This document shows, piece after piece, positions 37,972 through 47,454 of a stretch of DNA of 64,000 bases (the stretch's first letter is position 1; every line of letters starts with the position of its first letter). Position numbers and translations under genes: made by a program. Origin of the DNA: Candidatus Hydrogenedentota bacterium. Lineage in GTDB: Bacteria > Hydrogenedentota > Hydrogenedentia > Hydrogenedentales > GCA-2746185. The notes beneath the pieces are model-generated. The model worked only from the letters and a program-made list of their open reading frames with translations, was not told the DNA's origin and did no database searches. The stretch is from assembly GCA_046583315.1 (NCBI GenBank), contig JAYGCN010000049.1:1-64000 (forward strand). Direction: 5' to 3'.

Positions 37972-40644
37972 ATGAAAATTGCTGCGTCGATCCTTATCGT
38001 TCTCCTAAGTTCATTCCCATCTATCGCGCAATCGGCAACGCTTTTCGGCGATCTGCAAAATGACGAAGCTCGAATCTGGACGGGTCCGGATGTCTTTGCC
38101 AATCGCCTGCTGGACTGGCGCGTGGCGAACGGTCGTCTGGAATGCATCGAAGGGCGTAAGGCAAAACCGTTGCGGACCTTGCACCTGCTGAGTCATACCT
38201 TGTCGGATCGGGACGGCTCGTTCTCAATGCAGGTGCAAATGGGGCCAATTGAGCCGGATGACGCGGCGAACGAACACACCTGGTCTGGATTTCTCGTCGG
38301 TGCTGGGGGTGCGCATGTCGACTACCGCACTTCGGCACTCGCGCATCATTGGCCGGGTAATGACGGGGGCATCATTGTCGCCCTTGATGGCTCGGGCAAC
38401 ATCGTGTTTCGTGACAACGCGCACGATAAAGGGCCACGTCGTCCTACGACCATCGGGATCAGAGCTTGGCCGGAGTTGAAATCGAACAAAACGAAAACGG
38501 ATCCGGGAACTTGGGTCGACCGTATTCTGGAAATCGAGGGGAAACGCGATGGGGATTCACTCATACTCACAGCTCGTGTTCGAGATTCACAAACGAATCG
38601 CGTGCTTGCTGAGTCAACCCTGGAGAACGCACCCGAAACTTGTTTCACGGGCAACGTCGCGTTGATTTCGCACCTGAGTCCGAAGCAATCCGGCGATGGC
38701 TACTGGTTTCGGGACTGGGAGATCGAAGGCGACCTTTTCGACGAACATGATGATCGTGATTTCGGTCCTATCGTTTCGACGCAGTACACCTTGAGCGGTG
38801 GGACCCTTAAAATAACGGCGCAGATGGCTCCGATGGGGGAGGGCGATTCGCGTGATGTGTATTTGGATGTGAATCGGGGTGGCGAATGGAAAGAAGTTTC
38901 CAAAACGACAATTCAACCGTACAGTTTCACCGCCACGTTGCGCGTTGATAACTGGTCCGCTGAAAATGATACGCCATACCGCGTACGATACAGCCTGAAT
39001 GACTCTCCCACTTTTTATGAAGGGACGATTCGTAGCGATCCGGTTGGCAAAGAAACGATGGTCGTCGCTGCATTCACGGGACACCATATTTCGGCTCAGG
39101 GTAAGGGTCACTGGAATCAGAATCATTTCTGGTATCCGCATAACGAGGTCGTCGACGCCGTGAAATATCACAACCCGGATCTACTGTTCTTTTCGGGTGA
39201 CCAAATTTACGAAGGCGGGCTGTCGGGAATCATTCGCAATCCCGCCGACGACGCGATTGTGGATTACCTGTACCACTGGTATCGATGGTGCCTGGCGTTT
39301 CGGAAACTCACCCGCGACACACCATCAATCACGCTGCCAGACGATCATGACGTCTATCAGGGCAACATCTGGGGCGCAGGCGGGCGCAAAGCTGAATCGT
39401 CCAGAGGTCAGCAGGCGGCTCAGGATACGGGCGGTTACACGATGGATCCGCTGTTCGTGAACGCGGTGCATCGTACGCAAGTCAGTCATCTGCCCGACCC
39501 GGTTGACCCGAAACCGATTGAACAGGGCATTACAACTTACCACACGAATCTCGAGTACGGCGGAATCAGTTTCGCGATTCTTGCAGACCGGATGTTCAAA
39601 TCGTCGCCGACCGTGATGGTGCCGGACGGCGGCGTAATCAATGGCTGGTTCGAGGAGCGTGACTTTGACCCCGCCGTGAATGGTGATCCGCCTGGATCGG
39701 TATTGCTTGGAGACCGTCAAGAGGCCTTCCTGGAAGACTGGGCGAACACTTGGGATCCGCAGGCGTATATGAAGGTGGTATTGTCTCAGACGATTTTCGC
39801 GAACATCGCGACATTGCCCAAGGATTCAATAAGCGACAAAGTGGTACAGAGAATGCAACAACCATCGTTCAAGGGCGAGTACATTCGCGGCGACAAATTC
39901 GTTGCCGATGGCGATTCCAACGGATGGCCAAAATCCGGTCGTGATCGTGCACTCCGTGCCATCCGAAAGGGTTTCGCGTTTCACATTGCTGGCGACCAAC
40001 ATTTGGGCAGTTTCAGTCAGTACGGCATCGATGATTGGAACGATGCGGGATTTGCATTGTGTGTTCCGTCTATCGCGAACCTCTTCCCGCGACGGTGGTT
40101 TCCTCCCGAACCCGGTGCCAATCGCGATGCGGACAGTCCCGAATATACCGGCGAATTTCATGACGGATTCGGAAACAAGATTACCGTGCATGCGGTGTCC
40201 AATCCGGAACCGGCAGGCGTGGACCCGGCGGCACTCTATGATCGCGCTCCCGGGTATGGCATCGTACGATTCAACAAGAAGGAGCGCACGATTACTTCGG
40301 AAGTTTGGCCGCGTTGGGTGGATCCTTCTGCTCCTGATGCCAAACAGTATCCGGGGTGGCCGATCACGGTGAACCAAATGGATAATTACAACCGCAAAGC
40401 CGTGGCGTATTTGCCGGAGCTGATTATGGAGAGTGCGGTGAATCCGCTGGTACAGGTCGTAAACGAAGCGGCCGGTGAAATTGTTTACACGGTGCGAATC
40501 AAGGGCAACCGATTCCGTCCTAAGGTGTTCGCGACGGGCATCTATACGGTCCGGGTTTCCTCCATGAGTGGCGAGAATAAAGATGAATTTTCGGGTATTA
40601 GAGCGCGGACCAAGCCTTCACGTACCTTGAAAATTTCGTTCTGA
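37972..40644 (+). CDS. PhoD-like metallophosphatase with large N-terminal extension
   Basis: 'SGDQIYE', 'PDDHDV', 'DSNGWP', 'GDQH'. Signal peptide. Confidence 0.85.
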   Translation: MKIAASILIVLLSSFPSIAQSATLFGDLQNDEARIWTGPDVFANRLLDWRVANGRLECIEGRKAKPLRTLHLLSHTLSDRDGSFSMQVQMGPIEPDDAANEHTWSGFLVGAGGAHVDYRTSALAHHWPGNDGGIIVALDGSGNIVFRDNAHDKGPRRPTTIGIRAWPELKSNKTKTDPGTWVDRILEIEGKRDGDSLILTARVRDSQTNRVLAESTLENAPETCFTGNVALISHLSPKQSGDGYWFRDWEIEGDLFDEHDDRDFGPIVSTQYTLSGGTLKITAQMAPMGEGDSRDVYLDVNRGGEWKEVSKTTIQPYSFTATLRVDNWSAENDTPYRVRYSLNDSPTFYEGTIRSDPVGKETMVVAAFTGHHISAQGKGHWNQNHFWYPHNEVVDAVKYHNPDLLFFSGDQIYEGGLSGIIRNPADDAIVDYLYHWYRWCLAFRKLTRDTPSITLPDDHDVYQGNIWGAGGRKAESSRGQQAAQDTGGYTMDPLFVNAVHRTQVSHLPDPVDPKPIEQGITTYHTNLEYGGISFAILADRMFKSSPTVMVPDGGVINGWFEERDFDPAVNGDPPGSVLLGDRQEAFLEDWANTWDPQAYMKVVLSQTIFANIATLPKDSISDKVVQRMQQPSFKGEYIRGDKFVADGDSNGWPKSGRDRALRAIRKGFAFHIAGDQHLGSFSQYGIDDWNDAGFALCVPSIANLFPRRWFPPEPGANRDADSPEYTGEFHDGFGNKITVHAVSNPEPAGVDPAALYDRAPGYGIVRFNKKERTITSEVWPRWVDPSAPDAKQYPGWPITVNQMDNYNRKAVAYLPELIMESAVNPLVQVVNEAAGEIVYTVRIKGNRFRPKVFATGIYTVRVSSMSGENKDEFSGIRARTKPSRTLKISF

Positions 40645-40650
40645 TCGGGA

Positions 40651-41535
40651 CTATTTTCGTTTTGCGGCCCGGCGTGCGGATTCGACGGTGTTCATCATCA
40701 GCATGGTGATTGTCATGGGGCCAACACCACCGGGAACCGGGGTAATGGCCTTGGCTTTCTTGCTGACGTTTTTGAAATCCACATCCCCCACCAATCGATA
40801 CCCCGTCTTACGGGTCTTGTCTTCGACGCGATTCACACCGACATCAATGACGACCACGCCGGGTTTTATCATGCGCGCCTTGATGAAGTTCGGTACGCCG
40901 ATGGCTGCGATGACGATGTCCGCCTGCGCTACCATTTTTGCGAGGTTCTTCGTGCGGGAGTGGCAGACCGTAACCGTCGCATTGGCACCATCGGCTTTCT
41001 GCATCATGATTGCTGCCATGGGTTTGCCCACGATGTTCGACCGCCCGACGACCACGACGTGTTTGCCGGCGGGATCGTAGCCGTAGCGCATGAGCAGTTG
41101 CTGACACCCGTGGGGCGTGCAGGGTAGGAATGTTTCTTCACCGTTCAGCATTTTCCCAACACTGACCGGGTGGAATCCGTCGACATCTTTGTTGGGATCG
41201 ATGGCATTCAAGATGCGGGCTTCATTGATCTGTTTTGGCAAGGGAAGTTGCACGAGAATACCGTTTACTTTGGGATCGGCGTTCAGTTTTGCAATCAGAT
41301 TGAGTAATTTTTTCTCGCCCGTGTTCTTCGGCAGATCATAATCAAAGGAGGCGATACCGAGTTCGGCACACGCGCGCTTTTTCATGCGAACGTAAACTTC
41401 GGATGCAGGATCATTCCCGACGAGCACCACCGCGAGGCCCGGTTGAATTTTACGGCGTTTGAGCTTCTTTACGTCCGCCGCGATCTCGGTGCGAATTTCT
41501 TGCGCGACCTTCTTTCCATCAATGATTTTTGCCAT
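40651..41535 (-). CDS. folD: Methylenetetrahydrofolate dehydrogenase/cyclohydrolase
   Basis: 'IDGK', YxxxK, 'GILVQLPLP', 'KDVDGFH', 'GRSNIVGKP', 'ITPVPGGVGPMT'. Confidence 0.98.
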   Translation of the reverse strand: MAKIIDGKKVAQEIRTEIAADVKKLKRRKIQPGLAVVLVGNDPASEVYVRMKKRACAELGIASFDYDLPKNTGEKKLLNLIAKLNADPKVNGILVQLPLPKQINEARILNAIDPNKDVDGFHPVSVGKMLNGEETFLPCTPHGCQQLLMRYGYDPAGKHVVVVGRSNIVGKPMAAIMMQKADGANATVTVCHSRTKNLAKMVAQADIVIAAIGVPNFIKARMIKPGVVVIDVGVNRVEDKTRKTGYRLVGDVDFKNVSKKAKAITPVPGGVGPMTITMLMMNTVESARRAAKRK

Positions 41536-41644
41536 GCTATTCAGCCCCCGTTTGTCATGGATCGTGCACGTGTTGCTACCGGAAAGCACGAATCATACTC
41601 CTGCGTGTGCTCCGATGCAAGCCTTGCGATGAGGTCCGATACGA

Positions 41645-42142
41645 TTATTGCTCTTGCTGGGTAATCGACTTGAAATGGCCCGCGTGAATCTGGCAAATGG
41701 CAATGCCCAGCGCATCGGCCGCGTCGTCCGGCTTGGGGATTACATCCAGGTTAAGCAAGATTTTAACCATCTCCTGAACCTGCTTTTTGTCGGCCCGTCC
41801 ATACCCCGCGACAGCATTTTTCATCTCGCGCGGACTGAATTCACCGATGGGTAGCCCACTTTGTTCGGCAGCAAGCGCGATAACACCGCGCGCCTGGGCC
41901 ACGGTGATTCCGCTCGAAACATTTTTGGTGAAGAATAACTCTTCGATCGCAATGGCTTGCGGGGCGTGGATGCGGATGAGGTCAACGACCTCGTCGTAGA
42001 TCGATTTCAGTCGGACCGCGAAGTGTTCGCCCGCCGGGGTGGTGATGACGCCGTGCGCAACGTGGGTCAGGCGATTGCCCTTGCCTTCGACGACACCGTA
42101 GCCCGTCGTGGCTGTGCCGGGATCAAACCCAAGTACACGCAT
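41645..42142 (-). CDS. ruvC: Holliday junction resolvase RuvC
   Basis: 'LGFDPG...TGYG', 'AIE.LFF', 'G.G.ADK.QV', 'DDAADAL'. Confidence 0.96.
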   Translation of the reverse strand: MRVLGFDPGTATTGYGVVEGKGNRLTHVAHGVITTPAGEHFAVRLKSIYDEVVDLIRIHAPQAIAIEELFFTKNVSSGITVAQARGVIALAAEQSGLPIGEFSPREMKNAVAGYGRADKKQVQEMVKILLNLDVIPKPDDAADALGIAICQIHAGHFKSITQQEQ

Positions 42143-42178
42143 TGCCTCTCCCCCAGTCGTTTTTCACTTCGGTGCTGC

Positions 42179-42934
42179 TTAGGATTCGGCCAATATCACG
42201 GCCATGTCTTCCTCGGACACATCGAAATTTGAGTACACCTGCTGTACGTCGTCGCTGTCTTCCAGCATGTCGATAAGTTTGAGTATTTGCCGTGCCACTT
42301 TCGCATCAACTTCGGTCGTGGTCTTTGGAAGCATCGTCAATTTCGCTTCTTCGAATTTCACACCCGCCTCTTCCAGTGCCGCAACGACATTATGCAGTTC
42401 GGTCGGCTCTGTCGTAATTTCGTAGACATCGCTTTCGGTGTTCACATCGTCCGCGCCTGCTTCGATGGCTTTTTCAAATATTTCGTCTTCGGTATAGGCG
42501 TCTTTGGGTACCACCACGAATCCCTTGCTCTCAAAATTCCAGGTTACCGCACCACTTTCGGCCATGCTACCGCCACATTTGTTCAACGCGAATCGGATAT
42601 CCGCGACGGTTCGGTTCCGGTTGTCGGTCAAGGTGTCCACAATTATGGCGACACCGCCCGCGCCGTAGCCTTCGTACCGCACTTCGTCATAGGCCACTCC
42701 GCCGTCATCGCCGATACCCTTTTTGATGGCCTTTTCAACTTTGTCCATCGGCATATTCGCCGCGCGACAGGACGAGATAACCGTACGCAGGCGTGGATTA
42801 CCCTCGGGATCACCACCGCCTGCTTTCGCCGCCACAATGACCTCTTTAGCGAGTTTCGAGAAAATCTTGCCGCGTTTGGCGTCGATGGCACCCTTTTTAC
42901 GTTTAATGGTGCTCCACTTGGAATGACCGGACAT
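42179..42934 (-). CDS. yebC: YebC/PmpR family protein
   Basis: 'MSGHSKWSTIKRKK', 'YEGYG', 'TDNRNRT', 'DDVQQVYSN'. Confidence 0.96.
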   Translation of the reverse strand: MSGHSKWSTIKRKKGAIDAKRGKIFSKLAKEVIVAAKAGGGDPEGNPRLRTVISSCRAANMPMDKVEKAIKKGIGDDGGVAYDEVRYEGYGAGGVAIIVDTLTDNRNRTVADIRFALNKCGGSMAESGAVTWNFESKGFVVVPKDAYTEDEIFEKAIEAGADDVNTESDVYEITTEPTELHNVVAALEEAGVKFEEAKLTMLPKTTTEVDAKVARQILKLIDMLEDSDDVQQVYSNFDVSEEDMAVILAES

Positions 42935-42988
42935 ATAAATTTCGCCTTTCGTCGGAACGGAATGCTTTCAAGCCCAAACAACGACTAT

Positions 42989-43018
42989 AGTATAGCAAGT
43001 GTCCCGCTTTCGGGGCAA
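42989..43018 (-). promoter_or_regulatory. Putative sigma70 promoter of yebC-ruvC-folD
   Basis: TTGCCC-N18-TATACT with an extended -10 TG. Confidence 0.45.
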
Positions 43019-43038
43019 CGGGCCAATGAGGGGACTCG

Positions 43039-43668
43039 ATGAAACTTCTATCTCTTAATATATCGGATCTGTTGCAGGTGGAGCATCGCGGGAAGACGGT
43101 GGGCGCGGGGATATTCAAGCGATCCGTGAATGGGCCGGTGCGAGCGACGCGTCTGACGCTGGAAGGTGATCGTCGGGTGGACCTGCGTTATCACGGCGGA
43201 GAGCATAAGGCGATATATCTGTATCCGCATGAGCATTACGCGCACTGGCGTGAGGTGCTGGGCAAGGACGACTTGCCAATGGGTCGGTTCGGGGAAAATT
43301 TCACGACCAAGGGCCTACTGGAGACCGACGTGCATATCGGAGATCGGTTTCGCGTGGGTAAGGCGGAAATCGAGATTACGCAACTGCGTGTGCCGTGTTT
43401 CAAACTGGGCATTGCGGTGGGCGACCCGCGCTTCGTGAAGACCTTTCTGCAAAGTGAACGCTCTGGTTTCTATGCGCGTGTGTTGCAAGAAGGAGACGTG
43501 CAGGCAGGCGACACCCTCGAACGCACACACTCCGACTCCGAAGGTGTCACCGCGCAATACATCCACCATCTCTACTTTCGCGATTCGTCGAATAAGCCCG
43601 AAATCGAGCGCGTACTCACCATCGACGCACTGTCCAAGGAATGGCGCAAGCAGTTTCGGGAGTTGTAG
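43039..43668 (+). CDS. MOSC-domain protein (YiiM-like)
   Basis: 'HGGEHKAIY', 'FGENFT', 'IGDRF', 'PCFKL', 'SGFY.RVL.EG', 3-alpha tail. Confidence 0.92.
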   Translation: MKLLSLNISDLLQVEHRGKTVGAGIFKRSVNGPVRATRLTLEGDRRVDLRYHGGEHKAIYLYPHEHYAHWREVLGKDDLPMGRFGENFTTKGLLETDVHIGDRFRVGKAEIEITQLRVPCFKLGIAVGDPRFVKTFLQSERSGFYARVLQEGDVQAGDTLERTHSDSEGVTAQYIHHLYFRDSSNKPEIERVLTIDALSKEWRKQFREL

Positions 43669-43759
43669 GAAGTCCAACTCCTAACTTGTTGACACCATTG
43701 CGCTTCAGATCAGACATGTCACTGCGAATTTCGATTTTGCCATCCGTGAACTATTTCGA

Positions 43760-44463
43760 TTACCTTGGAGCCAGCTCCACGTACGCGTCTTCCGTCGACC
43801 AGTAGTCGCCAGATAATTCCATTTGGTACCTATGGTTTGTGGGCACATCAAAGATGAGAAGTCCTCGCTTGTCGACCGACGGATTTAGATATTCAAGTAT
43901 ACCCAGCGCGCCATCAGCCATGGAACCACGACTGCTCGACTCGTATTCGCATCGTTTTCGTCGACGAGAGTAAACGGTGGCACCGTACGGGCTTTTTTGT
44001 CATCATTACGAACAGTCAAATCGACGAATAGATACATTGCATTCGGTGCTTCGTTGATGAATTGATTGTCACTCAGAGTAGTTGACCACCAGGAACCCCA
44101 CACGGAATAGGTGGTGTATCCGACGTGAACAGAATCACCCTCCGCATACAGGGTTTGACTTTCAGGTAACGGCGCCGAGGTGGTTCGTGAAGTATTATCG
44201 CTTGACGAGTCGGAATCACCCTCCGCATTCGGGGTTTGACTTTCAGGTAACCGTGCCGAGGTGGTTCGTGAAGTAACATCGCTTGACGAGTCGGTGCCAA
44301 TCATCGCACCAAGTATTGCTAATCCAAAGAAACCAAAAATCATTATCGCGAAGCAACCGACACACCCGTTGGTCTTTCTCTTTATTACCACTCCACAATT
44401 CGGGCAACTAGGAGCCTTTGAGCTAACCTGTTTCCCGTATTCTTTGCATGCCTTGAGTCCCAT
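43760..44463 (-). pseudogene. Frameshifted zinc-ribbon/TM/DUF4352 protein
   Basis: The DUF4352 pattern 'V.LTV.N.DK......F.LVD' continues in another frame after about 43949 as 'EYESSSRG...LNPSVDKRGLLIFDVP...ELAPR*' (TAA at 43760-43762). The Zn ribbon reads CKEY instead of CKEC. Confidence 0.75.
44132..44294 (-). repeat. 81-bp (27-aa) tandem duplication
   Basis: Near-identical units start at 44132 and 44213. They encode DSSSDVTSRTTSARLPESQTPNAEGDS and DSSSDNTSRTTSAPLPESQTLYAEGDS. Confidence 0.92.
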
Positions 44464-44693
44464 TCGATGTTGTCTCCGTGCCCTTTTCTTTCTCTGTCTC
44501 CGCTAATACCCAAAAACTAATACAAATATAAACTTGCAGAACTCAATCTAAGCGTTGAAGCATACAATTGCCAAATAGACAGGCAGTTGCATTGCAAAGA
44601 CGAGAAGGCGCAATGTTGGTCTCTTGGTTTGCGCAAAGGTTCTGGGTCCCACGGCTCCGCAAGAGCGTCGCCCTCCCTTTCGCCAATTATGGT

Positions 44694-45374
44694 TTACTTC
44701 ACGTTTTCGCGGTAGAAGGCTAGGGTTTTGTTCCAGGTGTCGGTGGCGTGGGCTTGGTTGTAGACTTCGCTGCGGGTGTCGTTGAAGAAGGCGTGGTCGG
44801 CTCCTTCGTACACGGTGACGTCGGCGGATTTTCCGGCGTCTTTGAGTTGTTGTTCAAGGGCGTGGGCGATTTCGGGTGTGACCATGGAATCGTTTTCGGC
44901 GAAGAATCCCATGAAGGGGGCTTGCAAGTTTGCGATGTCGGGGTGCACGTCGGGGTGAATGCCGTAGTACATGACGCAGGCGGATACGGTGGGGTTGGCG
45001 CAGGCGGCGTAGAGCGAGAGTTGTCCGCCCATGCAGAAGCCGACCGTGCCGACGGTGCTGGAGGTGCATTGATCGAGCCCAAGTAAGTATGTGATCGCGC
45101 CAGCCATGTCTTTTTCGGTCTCGGCGATGTTGAGGGCCATCATAAGTTTTCCGGCGTCATCGGGGCTGGTGGTGGATTCGCCGTGGTAGAGGTCGGGTGC
45201 GAGCGCGACGAAGCCTTCGGCAGCGAATCGGTCACAGAGGTCTTTGATGTGGTCAACGAGTCCCCACCATTCTTGCAACACGATTACGCCGGGGCCACTG
45301 CCGGACTCGGGGGTTGCGAGATATCCGTTGCAGGTGCCGCCGTTACTTTTGAATTCCACCATTTCATTGGCCAT
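44694..45374 (-). CDS. Dienelactone hydrolase family protein
   Basis: 'QEWWG', 'APDLY', nucleophile motif 'GFCMGG', 'HAF.N'. Confidence 0.93.
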   Translation of the reverse strand: MANEMVEFKSNGGTCNGYLATPESGSGPGVIVLQEWWGLVDHIKDLCDRFAAEGFVALAPDLYHGESTTSPDDAGKLMMALNIAETEKDMAGAITYLLGLDQCTSSTVGTVGFCMGGQLSLYAACANPTVSACVMYYGIHPDVHPDIANLQAPFMGFFAENDSMVTPEIAHALEQQLKDAGKSADVTVYEGADHAFFNDTRSEVYNQAHATDTWNKTLAFYRENVK

Positions 45375-45465
45375 GTCACTATTCCTTTCGCGAAACTCGA
45401 TTAATTTTTCCAAAAAGAAAGTGTAACGGGAAATGGCTTGGATTTCCACAAATTATTGCGTTGAG

Positions 45466-45972
45466 TCAGCTACGGGCGGCTAGGGAGGCGTCTTCTTCTG
45501 CAGGAGGCGCCTGGCACTCTTCGACGGCGAGCCAAACCTTTTTCTTCTTGCATCCGCTACACGATCCGTAGAAACCCGCGTCTTCAGTGTCCCCAAGTCG
45601 AATCAATCCCACTTTTCGCGCGTCGGCTGTCTTGTTGCATTCGGTACACCGTATGGTCAGGCCGGGTACGGTCGGATCATCAAGTGATTTGTCGGGCTCG
45701 ACGCACAGCCATGCCTTGCTTTTGCACCCGTCGCACCATCCGTATCTGCGGGAGTTGCCTTTGCCCCCCACCCGGATGAGCCCGCCTTTGCCTGCATCGA
45801 CGGTGCGGTTGCATTTGGGACAGCGTATCACCCAACCAGGCGCAAAACCTTCGCCTTTGGGTTGTCCGAGATAGAGTCCTTTTCGCATGGCGTAGTAAAA
45901 GAGGCCGAATTGACCGGCCAGGGCGAGAACGAGGACGATAATGCCGAGTGACATGCCTGACATGATGCCCAC
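45466..45972 (-). CDS. Membrane-anchored protein with duplicated four-cysteine domain
   Basis: N-terminal TM, then two repeats of 'IRCxxC..T.DA.K.GLIR.G...YG.CxxC...WL.VE'. True start may be the ATG at 45963. Confidence 0.75.
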   Translation of the reverse strand: MGIMSGMSLGIIVLVLALAGQFGLFYYAMRKGLYLGQPKGEGFAPGWVIRCPKCNRTVDAGKGGLIRVGGKGNSRRYGWCDGCKSKAWLCVEPDKSLDDPTVPGLTIRCTECNKTADARKVGLIRLGDTEDAGFYGSCSGCKKKKVWLAVEECQAPPAEEDASLAARS

Positions 45973-46129
45973 CTCCTTTCTCTCTACCCAAAGTGTACCA
46001 TGTTATAGCCTTTATATGATGGATCTGGGCGTTGCCGGGCTGGCATGTGAATGCTGTAGCATGGCTTGGGAAACAATAGGTATTTAGTTGACAGAAAAAT
46101 AGGCTGGCCTGTGAAATCAGGGGATTTGA

Positions 46130-46501
46130 CTACTCTCCGAGATAATTGTCGGGGATGGACGGGCCCTGGATTTTGAAGAAGGTGAGTTGATCGAAGTAAC
46201 CGCGCTGAAAGATGATTTGGTCATCTTTGACGTGGAAGAATCCGCAACCGCGCAGTCCCAGCGGGTCGCTCCACTCCATGATGGCCCAATCGCCCGCTTC
46301 GTGGATAATTTCGGGGATGCAGACCATTTTTGCACGCACGAATTCGATTTCGAACAACTTTCGGATTTGGACGCGTCCTTCTAGGGGTTCGGTTACGACC
46401 TGATGATTCACGGCATCTTCGGCGTAGAGTGCAACAAGCTTGTCGACGTCAGCGGCATTAAAATGGTCTACCCATCGTTGAACGAGTTCTGTTGGTTTCA
46501 T
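46130..46501 (-). CDS. NTF2/SnoaL-like protein
   Basis: 'ALYAEDAVNHQV', 'EWSDPLGLRGCGFF', 'FQRGYFD'. Confidence 0.85.
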   Translation of the reverse strand: MKPTELVQRWVDHFNAADVDKLVALYAEDAVNHQVVTEPLEGRVQIRKLFEIEFVRAKMVCIPEIIHEAGDWAIMEWSDPLGLRGCGFFHVKDDQIIFQRGYFDQLTFFKIQGPSIPDNYLGE

Positions 46502-46539
46502 GAGTGTTTCTCCTTATGCCAAGCTGGGCATGGTTGTCG

Positions 46540-47310
46540 TTATTGATGGGCGATAATGAATTGTCGGCGGAATGGAAAGAGAATGCGGCCGTCGGCTTGG
46601 GGCGGGTAGGCGTTTGTGTATCCTTGCAGGACGATTTTTTCGAATCGTTGTACTTCTTCTTCGGAATTGAGGGCCTGGGTGAAGGGGCGCAATCCGGAGC
46701 CTCGGATGAAATCGACGATGTCGACGGGGTCGTCCATGATGTGGATATATTCAGTCTCCCAGAGGTCAAGTTTGTTGCATAAGGGTTGCAGGGTGTCGTA
46801 GTAAAATCCGGTCGTAGCGTAGGTGAGCGCGTTGCGTGCGGAATCCATGGCGTCGTTCCATTGAGGATCGCGGGAGGCTTTCAGAACCACTTGCTGCAAC
46901 GGCGAGGCGTGGTGATAGGGGAGTTGGACGGCCAATACTCCGCCCGTTACGACGTGATTCATCAGTTGGGCCAGTAATTTTTCGTGATTGGGCAGCCATT
47001 GCAGTGCGGCATTGGTAAATACGATGTCAAAGGCGTCTTCCGGACTCCAGGTCGCGATGTCGCCGGTTACCCATGTCACGTCGAGATCCCGTTCGGAAGC
47101 CTGTGCGATCATGTCGGCCGATGTGTCGAGCCCGGTGATATCTGCTTCGGGCCATCGTTGTCGCAAGATCTCGGTGCTGTTACCGGGTCCACAGCCGAGA
47201 TCGATTACACGCGCAGGCGACCCAATCGAAATGCGCGCGGTGAGGTCAATTGCCGCTTGCGTGCGCTGCGTCCCGAATTGCAGGTAAAGGTTTGCGTCCC
47301 AGCTTGGCAC
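46540..47310 (-). CDS. tam: Trans-aconitate 2-methyltransferase
   Basis: 'W....YL.F...RT', 'DLGCGPGNST', 'NAALQW', 'FPFRR.FI'. AAGGAG SD before the GTG. Confidence 0.88.
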   Translation of the reverse strand: MPSWDANLYLQFGTQRTQAAIDLTARISIGSPARVIDLGCGPGNSTEILRQRWPEADITGLDTSADMIAQASERDLDVTWVTGDIATWSPEDAFDIVFTNAALQWLPNHEKLLAQLMNHVVTGGVLAVQLPYHHASPLQQVVLKASRDPQWNDAMDSARNALTYATTGFYYDTLQPLCNKLDLWETEYIHIMDDPVDIVDFIRGSGLRPFTQALNSEEEVQRFEKIVLQGYTNAYPPQADGRILFPFRRQFIIAHQ

Positions 47311-47454
47311 AGTGTGTTCTCCTTATTCGTTTCCCTATCACCGGGATATGCATAGTATCGATGACTGCGACGCCTGCTCATTGCCCGGTACTCGGAAATG
47401 CTATGATAGCGGATAATTCTCCCTGAAACCTGTCTCAAATTGAGGAATGCCTGC

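Noticed and set aside
40651..42934. Absence of ruvA/ruvB after yebC-ruvC
   Set aside because: Splitting of this cluster is common and the genes may lie elsewhere in the genome.
43930..43960. Programmed ribosomal frameshift or phase variation in the DUF4352 gene (and the DinB gene)
   Set aside because: No slippery heptamer, homopolymer or simple repeat at either junction.
36661..44294. The 120-bp and 81-bp repeats as CRISPR or other non-coding arrays
   Set aside because: Both are in-frame coding tandem duplications with no unique spacers and no cas genes.
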